A stretch of 64,000 nucleotides of DNA from Nitrososphaeria archaeon (GCA_027078545.1 JALWXN010000004.1:288001-352000); one strand, 5' to 3'; positions 37,982 through 49,400 are shown, counted from the stretch's first letter. Translations and numbers: made by a program. Notes: a model not told the origin generated them from the sequence alone.

Positions 37982-40213
37982 ATGCCTGGTGAGAAGGTTA
38001 TTAGGCAGCCTATAATAACTGTCCTAGGCCATGTCGATAGCGGTAAGTGTGTGGGTGGGGATCACTATGTCGATCTAGAGAGGTATGTGACTGTTGAGGA
38101 TCTCTACTATGGGGGTGGGTATGTAGAGTCTCTCGACGTCTCTATCCCGGGCTTTGTGAGGAATAGGGTGGGTAGGGTTGTTAGGGAGGAGGTTGATAAA
38201 TGGGTATACGTCTCCCTCGATTCTGACAGCTATGTAGAGTCCTCCTTTGAGCATAGGTTTCTAGTCCGTCTAGGGCCTGGACTGTATAGGTATACCCCTG
38301 CCCATAGGCTGAGGCCTGGCGACGAGGTTGTGGGTCGTCTGGGTGATCCCGGCCCCGACGGCCTCTCTACCGTTAGGGTTCGACGGGTTGTTAGGCACTA
38401 TACCCCCCGTATCCTCTATGATCTGGAGAGCCCTGGGTATAGAAACTTCGTCGTGAATGGTGTCGTCGCCCATAACACGAGCCTCCTCGATAAGATTAGG
38501 GGGACAGCTGTACAGCTTAGGGAGGCCGGTGGGATAACCCAGCATATTGGGGCCAGTATGTTCCCGCCTGAGACGCTGCGGGAGATATGTGGCCCCCTAC
38601 TCGAGAAGTTCGGCTTCGAGATTATTGTCCCAGGTATACTGGTTATCGACACGCCTGGCCACGAGGTCTTCTCAAACCTTAGGCGGAGGGGGGGCTCCGC
38701 CTCGGACATAGCGATCCTCGTAGTGGATATCACGAAGGGTTTCCAGCCCCAGACCCATGAGAGCCTACAGATACTTATGCAGAGGAGGGTCCCCTTCCTA
38801 GTCGCTGCTAATAAGGTTGACCTTATACATGGCTGGAGGCCCTCCGGAACCCTATCGATCATCGAGGCATTGAAGAGGCAGAGTAGTGAGACGCTTATCC
38901 ATCTGGAGGAGAGGATAGGCTATATAATCTCCGCCCTCAACACCTACCGCTTCGATGCGGATCGCTTCGACCGTGTGAGGGACTTCAGGAGGACCGTTGC
39001 TATAGTACCTGTATCGGCCAAGACTGGGGAGGGTATACAGGAGCTGTTAACGATCCTCATCGGCCTAGTACAGAAGTTCCTGATCAATAGGCTTGAGGTC
39101 GATATTAATAAGCCGGGCTCCGGCACGATCCTGGAGGTCAGCTCTGAGCATGGACTGGGCAAGGTCGTGAAGGCCATACATATTGACGGTACCGTCAGGG
39201 TGGGTGATACATTCATAGCCGTCGGTAGGAACGGGGTTGTGGAGAGGCGTATAAGATCCATATTGATGCCCGCCCCCCTCGATGAGCTCAGGGATCCGAG
39301 GAAGCGGTTTAGGCAGGTTGAGACGAGCTATCCGGCTGCGGGTATAATCATCGTTGCCCCCGACCTGGACGAGGTGTATGCTGGTTCGCCCTTCTATAGT
39401 GTCCGGCCTGGTATGGACGCCTCGATCCCAGACCTTGCGAGGGAGTTGGAGGAGGAGGTAGCCAGTATAAAGATTGATACGGATAAGGTTGGCGTCGTGG
39501 CAAAGGCAGATACCCTGGGTACTTTGGAGGCCATGATAGCCCAGATGAATAGGAAGGGGATCCCGATCAGGAAGGCCGATGTGGGGGATGTCTCGAAGAA
39601 GGATGTTATCGAGGCGGGTATAGTGAAGGAGAAGGATGTTATCAGGGGTGCCGTACTAGCCTTCAACGTCGATGTCCTCCCCGATGCGGAGGAGCTTGCC
39701 AGGAGTAAGAAGATACCGATCTTCCGGGGAGAGATACTCTACAGGCTCATCGACGACTACCTGGCATGGGTGGAGGACTATATCAGGAGGAAGAGGGAGC
39801 GCCTATTCCAGAGCCTCGTCAAGCCTGGTAAGATACAGGTGCTCGAGGGGTATGTGTTCAGGAGGAGTAAGCCGGCCATAGTTGGTGTGCGTGTAGAGGC
39901 GGGTGAGATCAGGCCTAGGTATAGGCTTGTAAGGGGTGATGGAGAGGTTGTCGGGACTATACATCAGATCCAGGATCGTGGGAAGCCGATTGATAGGGCT
40001 ACCCGTGGGATGGAGGTGGCGATAAGTATTAGGGAGGCCGAGGTGGGTGACGACTTTGAGGAGGGTGACTACCTCTATGTCTATGTACCCGAGGAGGATG
40101 CCAAGACGCTTATGAAGGAGTTCCTGGCTGATCTTCCAAGTGATTATAGGGAGACTCTGGAGGAGTTCCTAGAGATTATTAGGAGTAGAAACCCCCTCTT
40201 TGCACGTGGCTAG
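37982..40213 (+). CDS. infB: Translation initiation factor aIF5B/IF-2 precursor containing an intein
   Basis: RQPI..VLGHVD.GK[intein]TSLLDKIR, GGITQHIGA, IDTPGHE, NKVD. Confidence 0.97.
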   Translation: MPGEKVIRQPIITVLGHVDSGKCVGGDHYVDLERYVTVEDLYYGGGYVESLDVSIPGFVRNRVGRVVREEVDKWVYVSLDSDSYVESSFEHRFLVRLGPGLYRYTPAHRLRPGDEVVGRLGDPGPDGLSTVRVRRVVRHYTPRILYDLESPGYRNFVVNGVVAHNTSLLDKIRGTAVQLREAGGITQHIGASMFPPETLREICGPLLEKFGFEIIVPGILVIDTPGHEVFSNLRRRGGSASDIAILVVDITKGFQPQTHESLQILMQRRVPFLVAANKVDLIHGWRPSGTLSIIEALKRQSSETLIHLEERIGYIISALNTYRFDADRFDRVRDFRRTVAIVPVSAKTGEGIQELLTILIGLVQKFLINRLEVDINKPGSGTILEVSSEHGLGKVVKAIHIDGTVRVGDTFIAVGRNGVVERRIRSILMPAPLDELRDPRKRFRQVETSYPAAGIIIVAPDLDEVYAGSPFYSVRPGMDASIPDLARELEEEVASIKIDTDKVGVVAKADTLGTLEAMIAQMNRKGIPIRKADVGDVSKKDVIEAGIVKEKDVIRGAVLAFNVDVLPDAEELARSKKIPIFRGEILYRLIDDYLAWVEDYIRRKRERLFQSLVKPGKIQVLEGYVFRRSKPAIVGVRVEAGEIRPRYRLVRGDGEVVGTIHQIQDRGKPIDRATRGMEVAISIREAEVGDDFEEGDYLYVYVPEEDAKTLMKEFLADLPSDYRETLEEFLEIIRSRNPLFARG
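38048..38476 (+). mobile_element. Mini-intein (143 aa, no homing endonuclease) in the aIF5B P-loop
   Basis: Starts with C after GK; block B SFEH; block F YDL...NFVVNG; ends HN followed by Thr+1. Removal restores GHVDSGKT. Confidence 0.95.
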
Positions 40214-40277
40214 GGACTAGGCCTTATAATACATACTGCTCCATATAGATAGTTGATTCCCGGGGGTGTAGGTATAG

Positions 40278-40637
40278 ATGGTCAAGTTCAAGCTGGTCAT
40301 ATCCAACCCTAAGGATGGGACCGCAAAGTCGGTGGAGGTGGATGACCCGGTTAGTAGTAACTTGATTGGGAAGAAGATTGGTGACGTGATTGATGGTAGC
40401 CTCATAGGGATGGAGGGTGTTAAGCTCAAGATCACTGGGGGTTCTGACAGGTCCGGCTTCCCCATGAGGCCTGATATCCAGGGCGGTGTCAAGAAGTATA
40501 TCTTGACGGGGCCCGGTATTGGGCTGAGGACGATTAAGGGGAAGACTAAGAAGGGTTATAGGCGTAGGATCCTCGTGAGGGGGAACACAATCACGCCTGA
40601 CATCTATGAGATTAATATGGTGATTGTGGAGGAGTAG
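40278..40637 (+). CDS. rps6e: 30S ribosomal protein S6e
   Basis: ITGGSD.SGFPM, G.RRR..VRG..I. Confidence 0.97.
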   Translation: MVKFKLVISNPKDGTAKSVEVDDPVSSNLIGKKIGDVIDGSLIGMEGVKLKITGGSDRSGFPMRPDIQGGVKKYILTGPGIGLRTIKGKTKKGYRRRILVRGNTITPDIYEINMVIVEE

Positions 40638-40639
40638 AG

Positions 40640-41890
40640 ATGGCGACCGAGGAGGTGTATAGGGAGGTAGAGATTCCTAGGCAGCCGGAGCTTAACATAG
40701 GCTCCGCGGGGCATGTTGACCATGGTAAGACGACGATTATCCAGGCCTTGACGGGCCGGTGGACGGCTACGCATAGTGAGGAGCTTAGGAGGGGTATCAC
40801 GATCAAGATCGGCTATGCCGATATGCCTATCTATAGGTTTAGGAGGGGTGGGGAGGAGCTCTACTGGTCTAGGCCTAGGTATGACGGTTTGGAGGGTGAG
40901 CTGGTAAGGGTTGTGAGCTTCGTAGACTGCCCCGGGCATGAGAGTCTCATGGCAAATATGCTCTCCGGGGCTGCTGTGATGGATGGGGCTATGCTCGTCA
41001 TAGCTGCTAACGAGCCTGTGCCTAGGCCCCAGACTAAGGAGCATGCAGTTGCCCTCGATATACTCGGGGTTAGGAATGTGGTCGTTGTCCAGAACAAGAT
41101 TGATCTGGTCTCGAAGGAGGAGGCCCTGAAGAACTATGAGGCTATACGTGAGTTCCTATCGACGACATCCTTCAGCGACGCCCCCATAATACCTGTCTCG
41201 GCTATCCATAGGGTCAACCTCACCTATCTTGTTGAGGCCCTCTACAAGTATATCCCCCCTAAGGAGCGCGACCCCTCCAAGCCCCTCATGATGTTCATAA
41301 TAAGGTCTTTCGACGTGAATAAGCCTGGAACCCCATATAAGGATGTGGTGGGCGGCGTCCTGGGCGGGTCTATCCTCGAGGGTAGGATCAGGGTGGGTGA
41401 TGAGATAGAGATCCTCCCGGGCTATCTATACAAGGCTGATGGTGGGATTAGGCATGAGCCGCTCTATGCCGAGGTGACATCCCTGAGTAGTGGGAGGCTA
41501 TCCCTTGAGGAGGCTCATCCCGGTGGTCTCGTGGGTGTACAGACCGACCTGGATCCCAGCCTGACCAAGTCGGACGGTATGGTGGGTAATGTGGCTGGTA
41601 AGCCTGGGACGCTCCCGGAGGTCCTCTATGAGCTCTCCCTAGAGGTGGAGCTCTTCCAGTACGTGATTGGTACTGAGGAGAGTGTGGAGGTTAGGCCTAT
41701 ATCTAGGGGTGAGCCTCTACGCCTGAACGTTGGGCCGGCTACTACCCTGGGTGTCGTGACGAGTATATCGGGTGATACTATCCATCTGAGGCTCTCTAGG
41801 CCGGTCGTGGCTAGGGAGGGTTGGAGGGCGGCTATTGCGGCTAGGTATGATAATAAGTGGCGCCTGGTGGGTGTAGGCACCGTTGTATAG
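40640..41890 (+). CDS. eif2g: Translation initiation factor aIF2 gamma
   Basis: GHVDHGKTT, RGITIKIGYA, DCPGHE, QNKID. Confidence 0.97.
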   Translation: MATEEVYREVEIPRQPELNIGSAGHVDHGKTTIIQALTGRWTATHSEELRRGITIKIGYADMPIYRFRRGGEELYWSRPRYDGLEGELVRVVSFVDCPGHESLMANMLSGAAVMDGAMLVIAANEPVPRPQTKEHAVALDILGVRNVVVVQNKIDLVSKEEALKNYEAIREFLSTTSFSDAPIIPVSAIHRVNLTYLVEALYKYIPPKERDPSKPLMMFIIRSFDVNKPGTPYKDVVGGVLGGSILEGRIRVGDEIEILPGYLYKADGGIRHEPLYAEVTSLSSGRLSLEEAHPGGLVGVQTDLDPSLTKSDGMVGNVAGKPGTLPEVLYELSLEVELFQYVIGTEESVEVRPISRGEPLRLNVGPATTLGVVTSISGDTIHLRLSRPVVAREGWRAAIAARYDNKWRLVGVGTVV

Positions 41891-42257
41891 GTCTACCCTC
41901 GAGGTGGTGTGTGACACTAGCTTCCTCCTCGAGTCTATTAGGAGGAGGCTCCTCACAGACCTCCTGGAGCGGTATAGGCCTGTGAAGATATATTTACCTA
42001 GGCAGGTCTATGACGAGCTTCTCAGGCTGTCGAGTAGGAACCCCCTGGCAAGGGCTGCCCTCGAGGTGGTTAGGGGGATGCCAGACGTTTTTGAGGTGGT
42101 GGAGGTCGATGAACCCAATGCTGATGAGGCTGTTCTTAGGCTTGCCTGTGATGGGGGGTATGTCGTGGCCACGACGGATTCCCGGGTTAGGAGGGAGGCC
42201 CGTAGACTGGGCTGTAGGACACTGTTTATAAGGGGTTCCTGGCTCCACCTTGAATAG
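41883..42257 (+). CDS. PIN-domain protein (Fcf1/Utp24-like)
   Basis: DTSFL, V..EL, AD, ATTD acidic PIN residues; conserved position after aIF2g. Confidence 0.85.
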   Translation: MYRSTLEVVCDTSFLLESIRRRLLTDLLERYRPVKIYLPRQVYDELLRLSSRNPLARAALEVVRGMPDVFEVVEVDEPNADEAVLRLACDGGYVVATTDSRVRREARRLGCRTLFIRGSWLHLE

Positions 42258-42307
42258 ATATATATTTGGTGCCCAACAGTCTATAATTTGATTTTGGTGG
42301 TCGGGGG

Positions 42308-42907
42308 ATGTTCTATAAGACCAAGGTCCAGGACATTGTAAACATTAAGCCGAGTATGTTCAAGATGGATCTCCAGGAGGCTGCTTGGAGGCAGCTCCTG
42401 GAGAAGTATGTGGGGGTGCCTGTGGATAAGCTTGGATACGTGATTATGGTTAGTAAGCCTAAGGTCGACCCCCTGGGCAAGGTTGTCTCTGAGGATGGTT
42501 CGTCAAACCATAAGGCTGAGTTCTATGTATACTCCTTCCTCCCTAGGAGGGGGGAGATTGTCGAGGGTGTGGTGGTGGAGATACAGGACTTCGGGATATT
42601 TGTAAGGATAGGTAATGTCGACGCCTTCGTCCACAAGTCGTGGATAATGGGTGATGATAGGGTTGTTATAAACAAGTTTGAGAAGGTTGTGATTGGGGAG
42701 AAGACCAGGAAGACCCTTAGGGTCGGTGATGTTGTTAGGGGTAGGGTGGCCGACGTGGCTATCCCGAGGAAGAATATGTTGATGAAGATTGCTCTTAACC
42801 TGAAGGATAGGTATCTGGGTAAGCTTGAATGGATATATGAGGAGTTGGGTGAGAAGCCTAAGGGTGGTGTGGATGAGGCGGGAGAGAAAGAGGTTCAAGG
42901 CGTGTAG
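42308..42907 (+). CDS. rpoE1: RNA polymerase subunit E' (Rpo7)
   Basis: EIVEG.V, FG.FV..G..D..VH.S, YLGKLEW. Confidence 0.95.
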   Translation: MFYKTKVQDIVNIKPSMFKMDLQEAAWRQLLEKYVGVPVDKLGYVIMVSKPKVDPLGKVVSEDGSSNHKAEFYVYSFLPRRGEIVEGVVVEIQDFGIFVRIGNVDAFVHKSWIMGDDRVVINKFEKVVIGEKTRKTLRVGDVVRGRVADVAIPRKNMLMKIALNLKDRYLGKLEWIYEELGEKPKGGVDEAGEKEVQGV

Positions 42908-43076
42908 GAAGTGTAAGGCCCTTAACAGCCATGACGCTCAGCAGTGCTGGAACTGTGGAGGAAATATATTCACCATCCATTGGGACGGCTTCGTCATGAT
43001 CCTCTCTGAGGAGTCGGCGGTTATGGAGGTACTGGGAGTGGATAAAGTGGGCTACTATGCGATTAAGATTATTTAG
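42873..43076 (+). CDS. spt4: Transcription elongation factor Spt4 (RpoE'')
   Basis: ACRKC...CWNCG zinc ribbon, W.G, G.YA. Confidence 0.92.
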   Translation: MRRERKRFKACRKCKALNSHDAQQCWNCGGNIFTIHWDGFVMILSEESAVMEVLGVDKVGYYAIKII

Positions 43077-43596
43077 GGGGGCTAGATATGTATCCCCCAC
43101 GCCTAGGGCGAGGGAGTATCTCTCCAGGCCCCTAGGGAGGCTATACAGACCGGAGGAGCTGGAGGATCTGAAAGAGCTGGTAACAGGACTGGCTAGGGAT
43201 GGCACCCCAGTGGCTAGTGTGGGTGACCGTGTAACCCATACCCTCCTGGAGTGGGGCGTCGTACCAGATATAGCAGTGGTGGACTGTCTCGAGAGGAGGA
43301 GCCCGGTCAACCTCGTGGATCATAGGCTGTTCAGGCTCGTAGTCCTGGCTGAGAATCTACGTGGACGGGTGAACACGGCTATCCTCGACCTACTGGGCGA
43401 TGTCTGGCCTGAGAGGCCTGTCTTGATAAGGATTAGTGGGGAGGAGGACTTGGTGGGGGTTCCAGTCATCCTATTTATGCCTGAGTCGGGACATGTTTTA
43501 TACGGTCAGCCCCTGGAGGGGGTTGTCGACGTGGTTGTCTCGGCCCCCCTCAAGGAGGAGCTCCGTAGAATAGTCTTGGGTGAGGAGGGTGTTTGA
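43057..43596 (+). CDS. GTP-dependent dephospho-CoA kinase (DUF359)
   Basis: VGDRVT, VVD...R, GEEDL, YGQP..G. Confidence 0.9.
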   Translation: MRLRLFRGARYVSPTPRAREYLSRPLGRLYRPEELEDLKELVTGLARDGTPVASVGDRVTHTLLEWGVVPDIAVVDCLERRSPVNLVDHRLFRLVVLAENLRGRVNTAILDLLGDVWPERPVLIRISGEEDLVGVPVILFMPESGHVLYGQPLEGVVDVVVSAPLKEELRRIVLGEEGV

Positions 43597-44302
43597 GGCT
43601 CTGGGTAGTAGGGTAGTGATCAGCTATGACTCGGTTCTACAGGCTGGTATAAAACGTATATTGACCAAGGCGATGGTCTCTAAGGGTTTTGAGAAGGTCT
43701 TCGAGCTGGCTAAGATACTGGAGGAGATCGCTAATGACTCTGGCCTCAAGTATTACCCCCCGGTTATCGTACTGCCTGAGGCCCGTATCGTTGAGCATAG
43801 GGAGGAGGCCATCGCCATCCTATATGCGAATGTGACCTATAAGGTGTGGGGGGATAGGCTACAGCCGGTCATCGAGACCTATCTACCCCTACTCCTCTAT
43901 GGTAAGGCCCAGGTTCTTAGGGCCATATTTGTCCATGAGTTTCTCCACTATGTCTACCTCGCGATTAAGTATCTGAGGGAGGAGCATCTGGTTACCCTGG
44001 ATATATATACCTCGAGCCTCTCTGGCAAGGTCTTTATAGACGAGGTGTATCAGGTGAGGCCTGAGATGGTCTTCTCCTCTCCTAAGTATGTCAGGCTGAT
44101 GAATGACTATGACAAGATAGTTAATAGGTCGAGGATCGCCTACTCGATTAGGAGGAACTGGATAGAGAAGGGTAAGCCTACCAAGACGCTTGGGCCTAGG
44201 GATATGAGGGTGAATCTAAGTATGGAGGACTGGGCCTCGATATATTTCCCTGAGACCGTCTTGGCAAGGGTTAGGGAGTATATAGATGAGTATGTCGGGT
44301 GA
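43580..44302 (+). CDS. Hypothetical protein with HExxH zinc-binding motif
   Basis: AIFVHEFLHY; overlaps both neighbouring genes. Confidence 0.65.
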   Translation: MRRVFEALGSRVVISYDSVLQAGIKRILTKAMVSKGFEKVFELAKILEEIANDSGLKYYPPVIVLPEARIVEHREEAIAILYANVTYKVWGDRLQPVIETYLPLLLYGKAQVLRAIFVHEFLHYVYLAIKYLREEHLVTLDIYTSSLSGKVFIDEVYQVRPEMVFSSPKYVRLMNDYDKIVNRSRIAYSIRRNWIEKGKPTKTLGPRDMRVNLSMEDWASIYFPETVLARVREYIDEYVG

Positions 44303-45884
44303 CCCCACCCTAGAGGAGCTTTGGTCAATAGTTGGTCGTAAGCCCTATGCGGTTGTCCAGTATGGGAGTAGGGTGGCTGGCTACGCCACGGAGACTAGTG
44401 ATTACGACTATATCTATGTTGTAGATGGATATAGGGATGGGATTAGGTATATCTATAGGGATGTTAGGGGGCTCAACACCTCTATCCTCGTTGTTGATAA
44501 GCAGTTCTTCGAGGAGGATGTCCTCCTGGCTAAGCATGGGGAGTTCGTGGCTGGCAGGCTCTATGGGGTCTATAGGCCTATACATAACCCAGGCTATATA
44601 CGTAGGATGGAGGTCCTGCTTAAGAGGAGGGCGGTCCTGGAGGAGCTTAGCCTCCTTAAGATGCGTTATGGAGGCTTCCTGGCCTATATGGAGATACCGC
44701 TTAAATACTTCCTCCTGGCCAGGCTCTGGAAGAGGATAATGGCGTATCCCCCGGTCAGGTATAGCTACTACAAGATGTTCTATGGGCCTAGGGGGAGTGA
44801 GAATACCGAGGCTAGTCTCAGGGGGTTTGAGGAGGCCTGTATAGAGTTTGCTGACGAGGGCTTCTTTAGATACAGCTCAGGAATAGTCTCTGAAGTGGAT
44901 TATGAGAGGATACCATCCAACTTCCTAGACGTTGTTAGGCTCGGTCTACGCGGCGTCTCGATGTACTATACCCATGGCCGCTCCGCCTCTGTGGGTGTCG
45001 AGGTATTCCTTGAGGAGGTTAGGAGTAAGATTAGGCGGGGCGGGGAGAGTATGCGTATACCCAGGGAGCTGGAGAATCCCGACATCCTCCTCCGTCTAAG
45101 GGGATGCTTCTTCACGGTGGAGGATATAGACCTTGAGACCCTCGTCAAGGTCCTATATGGGTCTGACGCAGAGGTTGTGGGGCAGGAGCATGGGGGCCTC
45201 CTGAGCAGCCTTGACATAGTGGAGGTTGCTCGTGGCTCTGAGCGTTTCAAGGTCGTTGTTAAGAGGTTCCCCCTCTACAGCACATTGCTGAAGTGGATCT
45301 GGATCTATACATGGCTTCTGGGCTACAAGTCCTTTGAGGTGGAGCCCGGTGCAAGGATGTTCCGTGAGTTCCACGGCCTAAACATACTTAGGAGGCTGGG
45401 GATAAGGGTTCCCCGGGTATACGCCGTCCTATGGTCGGAGAAGATGTTGGTGGAGGAGTTTATCGAGGGTGAGAGGCTGGACAGGACTGGTGACTATAGG
45501 TTCTTCTCGGAGCTTGGGCGTATACTGGCGAGGATACATTCCAGGCTGGGCGTGTCGGTTGGAGATACGAAGCCCCAGAACATGATAGTGAGTGGTGATG
45601 ATCTCTACATAATCGATCTCGAGCAGTTCGCCACCGATGATAGGATGGAGTGGGACCTGGGGGAGGCGATCCTATACAGCTTTATACTTGGTAGGCGTAG
45701 GGGTGAGGAGGAGCGGATAATGGGGGCGATCCTGAGGGGATATCTGGAGGAGTGTGGAGAATGTATGGATAATGTGAAGAATATCCTTAACCCCAGGATC
45801 CTACTCGCCTTCCTACCAATCGTCCCGGTTACGGTCTTCCTAAAGCTTAGGAGGGTTATACATAGCCTCGTGACTAGGACTTGA
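44286..45884 (+). CDS. Pol-beta nucleotidyltransferase fused to an atypical (RIO/Bud32/Kdo-like) kinase
   Basis: N-terminal YGSRVAG...SDYD; C-terminal VVKR, EEFIEG, GDTKPQN, IIDLE. Confidence 0.8.
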   Translation: MSMSGDPTLEELWSIVGRKPYAVVQYGSRVAGYATETSDYDYIYVVDGYRDGIRYIYRDVRGLNTSILVVDKQFFEEDVLLAKHGEFVAGRLYGVYRPIHNPGYIRRMEVLLKRRAVLEELSLLKMRYGGFLAYMEIPLKYFLLARLWKRIMAYPPVRYSYYKMFYGPRGSENTEASLRGFEEACIEFADEGFFRYSSGIVSEVDYERIPSNFLDVVRLGLRGVSMYYTHGRSASVGVEVFLEEVRSKIRRGGESMRIPRELENPDILLRLRGCFFTVEDIDLETLVKVLYGSDAEVVGQEHGGLLSSLDIVEVARGSERFKVVVKRFPLYSTLLKWIWIYTWLLGYKSFEVEPGARMFREFHGLNILRRLGIRVPRVYAVLWSEKMLVEEFIEGERLDRTGDYRFFSELGRILARIHSRLGVSVGDTKPQNMIVSGDDLYIIDLEQFATDDRMEWDLGEAILYSFILGRRRGEEERIMGAILRGYLEECGECMDNVKNILNPRILLAFLPIVPVTVFLKLRRVIHSLVTRT

Positions 45885-46065
45885 ACTCTGTATAGCCACA
45901 CTTTCCACAGCTATATCTGTCGGGGTGCTCAGCCATGAACACGCCTCTCCCGCAGCGGGGGCAGAAGCGGCGGAGCCTCTTCAATGTACCGTCGCTGACT
46001 GTGTAGAAGCTCCAGACCTTTGGGCTGGGCCTCTTCCTCCTAGGCTTGGGATTCTTCTTCGCCAA
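45874..46065 (-). CDS. rps27ae: 30S ribosomal protein S27ae (not ubiquitin-fused)
   Basis: [22 protein letters not shown]. Confidence 0.97.
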   Translation of the reverse strand: MAKKNPKPRRKRPSPKVWSFYTVSDGTLKRLRRFCPRCGRGVFMAEHPDRYSCGKCGYTEFKS

Positions 46066-46351
46066 GGCTGATCACCTTCCCCCTCTTGGTAGGCTCTATC
46101 GTAGACCAATCAATCCCGCCTGGATAGTAATAAATCAGGGCCTCCGACCTATTCGTCCCTGTATAGGTCTTTATCCAGGCTATAAATGTCTTCTCTGGCT
46201 CGAGGCCCAGCCTCTCGACTAGGAACTTGGCTATCTCCTTCCTACCTGGTGTAGCCTCGCCTGTATGTTCTATCCGGAGGAGTATCTCACGCCTATCGAT
46301 GAATGGGTTATCCCTCTCTATAGCCACCTCAATATTCATTTCAAAAATCAT
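46040..46351 (-). CDS. rps24e: 30S ribosomal protein S24e
   Basis: NP.I.RRE, ATP.R, I.T..G; adjacent to S27ae. Confidence 0.9.
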   Translation of the reverse strand: MIFEMNIEVAIERDNPFIDRREILLRIEHTGEATPGRKEIAKFLVERLGLEPEKTFIAWIKTYTGTNRSEALIYYYPGGIDWSTIEPTKRGKVISLGEEESQA

Positions 46352-46435
46352 GTGTATCCAGCGCTACCTATATAAAATATCCTGGGTGGTGTGACTGTCG
46401 GGTGACACAGAGGGGTAATACAAATTGTACCTAAC

Positions 46436-46445
46436 CCTTAAATAC
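46436..46445 (+). promoter_or_regulatory. TATA box of the S-layer-like gene
   Basis: CTTAAATA about 55 nt before ATG 46498; GGGGTGA RBS at about 46482. Confidence 0.5.
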
Positions 46446-46497
46446 TCCGGGAGTCGAATTTACGAGTACAACTATCTTGAAGGGGTGATCATGCCCA

Positions 46498-49400
46498 ATG
46501 AATAGGCTGATAATACTGGCTGTCTTCACAGCCATACTCCTGCTCGGAGCACCGTTCTACAGCGCAGTCAACGTCTCAGCAGCGTCTAACCCCAATCCTG
46601 ATAAGGCAAAGGCGTGGTTCTACCCTGCAGCGGATCCAGTACCTTTAAATCTAGGTGACCCAGCGTCACAGATCAATCTATGGATCATGGAGACTAAGCC
46701 TGACAATAGTACGCTGGGAGGTCAGGGCGACTATATAAATAGGATAGAAGTGCTGCAGCCATTGGACACACCTTATACACTAGCAGGTGCAGAGATATAT
46801 GGATTCGACAACGAGACCAATACCTGGACACCAGTGTCAGGAGCTGGTGCGAATCTATGGCAGGTGACCACTATACTATCACTAGGGAATGTGCAGGGAT
46901 TCAGGTTCGATCTCCTAGGTTCACCTGGCTATCCATTTAACGGTTCACTAGACAACAGCACAATCGATGTATCATTTTACCCAGATCCGATATATGTGTT
47001 CGACGTGATTGTAGTGTCGATCCAGGTCCAGGGATATAACGATCCAGCGGCAGCATTAGCGGGTACTGTTGAGGAATGGATAGTAACGGTAAAATGGAAC
47101 TTCGGCGATTCAGCAGTTATCAGGGTTGATCACATAGTTGATAACAGCCCTGCTCAGGTACAGTTGACACCATACACCCAGAACCTCCTGAGCGCCGCCT
47201 GTATATCGACGCTGCAGTTCACCTTTAACGTATCAATAACCGACAATGTAGCGCAAGAGGGTATAAACGAGGCCTTCTACGGTTCCTATGCGTTGAATGG
47301 ATCACAGCTAAGATGGAACTTCCCCGCAGGCCCGATCACACTAGAGGACTTCACCGACCCCGTCAACTGGACTAGGGAGAACAGACCAATACTTTTCTGG
47401 GAGATAAACGCGTCATTGAAGAATGGCTATGACGCAACAACATGGCCTAACGGCCCATTCGACTTCGAGCCTAATAAGCCTCTTGGAGCAGGGACTGATC
47501 GGCGTGGAGCCAACCACTTCGTTACAGGGGACCAGCCAACTGACGTGACGTCACCGATCAATGAGTCAACTGAAGGGGAGGTAGGATATATCTGGGCGAT
47601 CTTGGTGGTGTACATCGAGGCATATACCTTCACTTATGGGCAGGTGAATTATACATGGATGAACAGGACTTACTATAAAGGATCAGGAATATTCGAGGCC
47701 AACATTAACCTAAACTTTGCATTCAAGGCTTCTGGTCCTGGTGGAGCACCAGCGACATTTGGAGGTCTATTTGGCCTGAACGCTGAGCTGATCTATGCGG
47801 ATCTTACATTCATACTGGCGGTCTACGATGGTACCCTAGACTATCATAGGGACTGGCCAATGTCTGATGGTGCGATTGGACTTCCTAATGACTATAATGA
47901 TACGGTATCCGCCCCGATAAGCCTGCTATCCCGTGATTGGTACAACTTCCGGCTAGAGATGTGGACAGCGAAGCTAGATGTGGAGAAGAATCCGATACAG
48001 GTCTGGCTAAACAATAATGCGATATCATCCAGCCCACTCCACACGATTGAGCCAGCACCAATACCTCCAGCACCTGCGCATAAGAATTACAGAACAGCAT
48101 TCTTTAATCTTACATGGATCTGGGATCCAGCGTATGGACCTGACCCAACGTTCCAGCTATGGAACGTCACTATACAGAGATGGGACGGCAGTAACTGGGT
48201 GACCGTGATAAGCCAGGTGGACACATTTGGACCAGCATCAGGACCGTTCACATTCCTCTTCGACATCATGAACTTTGGTACTGGTAACTACAGCATACAC
48301 ATCTTAATGCTCGACTGTGGCGGATGGGACTATGCGTATGACAATATTAAGTCTGCGTTCTTCCTCTCACCACAACATCAGAGATGGGAGTTCAACGTGA
48401 CATACTTCATGGTCGTATTCATTAACAACAATCCATATAGCCTATGGCGTCTAGGACCAGGTGCTTGGGAGGAGTTCTATCAGGACGAGTCCTTCCAGAT
48501 CAGTATCATGACCTTCGGCAATAAGAAGGATGGCTCACCACTAGACTGGACACAGTACGATGTCAATGCAACCATATCCCTGCAGATAGGTGCACCACCG
48601 GCAGTCGGTTCAACACCAGTATATACAATCAACATGGACAACCCAGTGGCTACGACACCGACCTACGCATGGTGGAACTTCACGGTGAATGCTACTGCTG
48701 ACCTAGGACAGGTGATAGGGATCTACAACGTGACAGCCTCATGGATGAATGTATCCACCACACCAACAAGTGTGGTAGACGACAACTTCAGTATACCGCC
48801 GCCACCACCGAATGAGGAGTCCACATTCATAATCAAGGCCAGGATCTTCCTACACTTCTGGGTATACGACGACATGTACTCCACTGGTGAGACAGCAACG
48901 TTCTTCGCTCACGTAGCGAACATTAACTGGCCAGCACCAGGCAGTGATGTGCCTGGCGCCCTAGTGGCATATGACGTCTATAGGGACGACAATGGTGTGC
49001 CGATGGCTACAGGCTTCGGCGTGACTAACAGCAGGGGCTTCGTGGTGCCATCGCTATACGGTGAGATAGTATTTGGTACCGAGATAGGTGATGACTGGGC
49101 TCCAGGCCTATACAACGTGAACGCCACTGCGTACTACACCCACTCACCAGGCTTCTGGTATGACCCGTTTATAGCTGGCTGGGTTAGAGTAAACGCAACA
49201 TCCATTGCAAGTGCGACTGACCAGTTCGAGGTATGGGTATTCAGAGATGAGAATATCACCGAGGGCTTCGACGACATATTCGCGGCATTGACAGGCCTCT
49301 CTGACGACATCGCCACACTGGCTGGGTCAGTCAACGACGTGCTAGACGTACTCAACAACGACGTGCTACCAGCGCTCAACGACATAATGGATCAGCTAGG

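Noticed and set aside
45874-46065. Ubiquitin-fused S27ae or L40e, or ubiquitin/ESCRT-I/II genes near cdv
   Set aside because: Both ribosomal proteins are stand-alone and no such genes are visible in the window.
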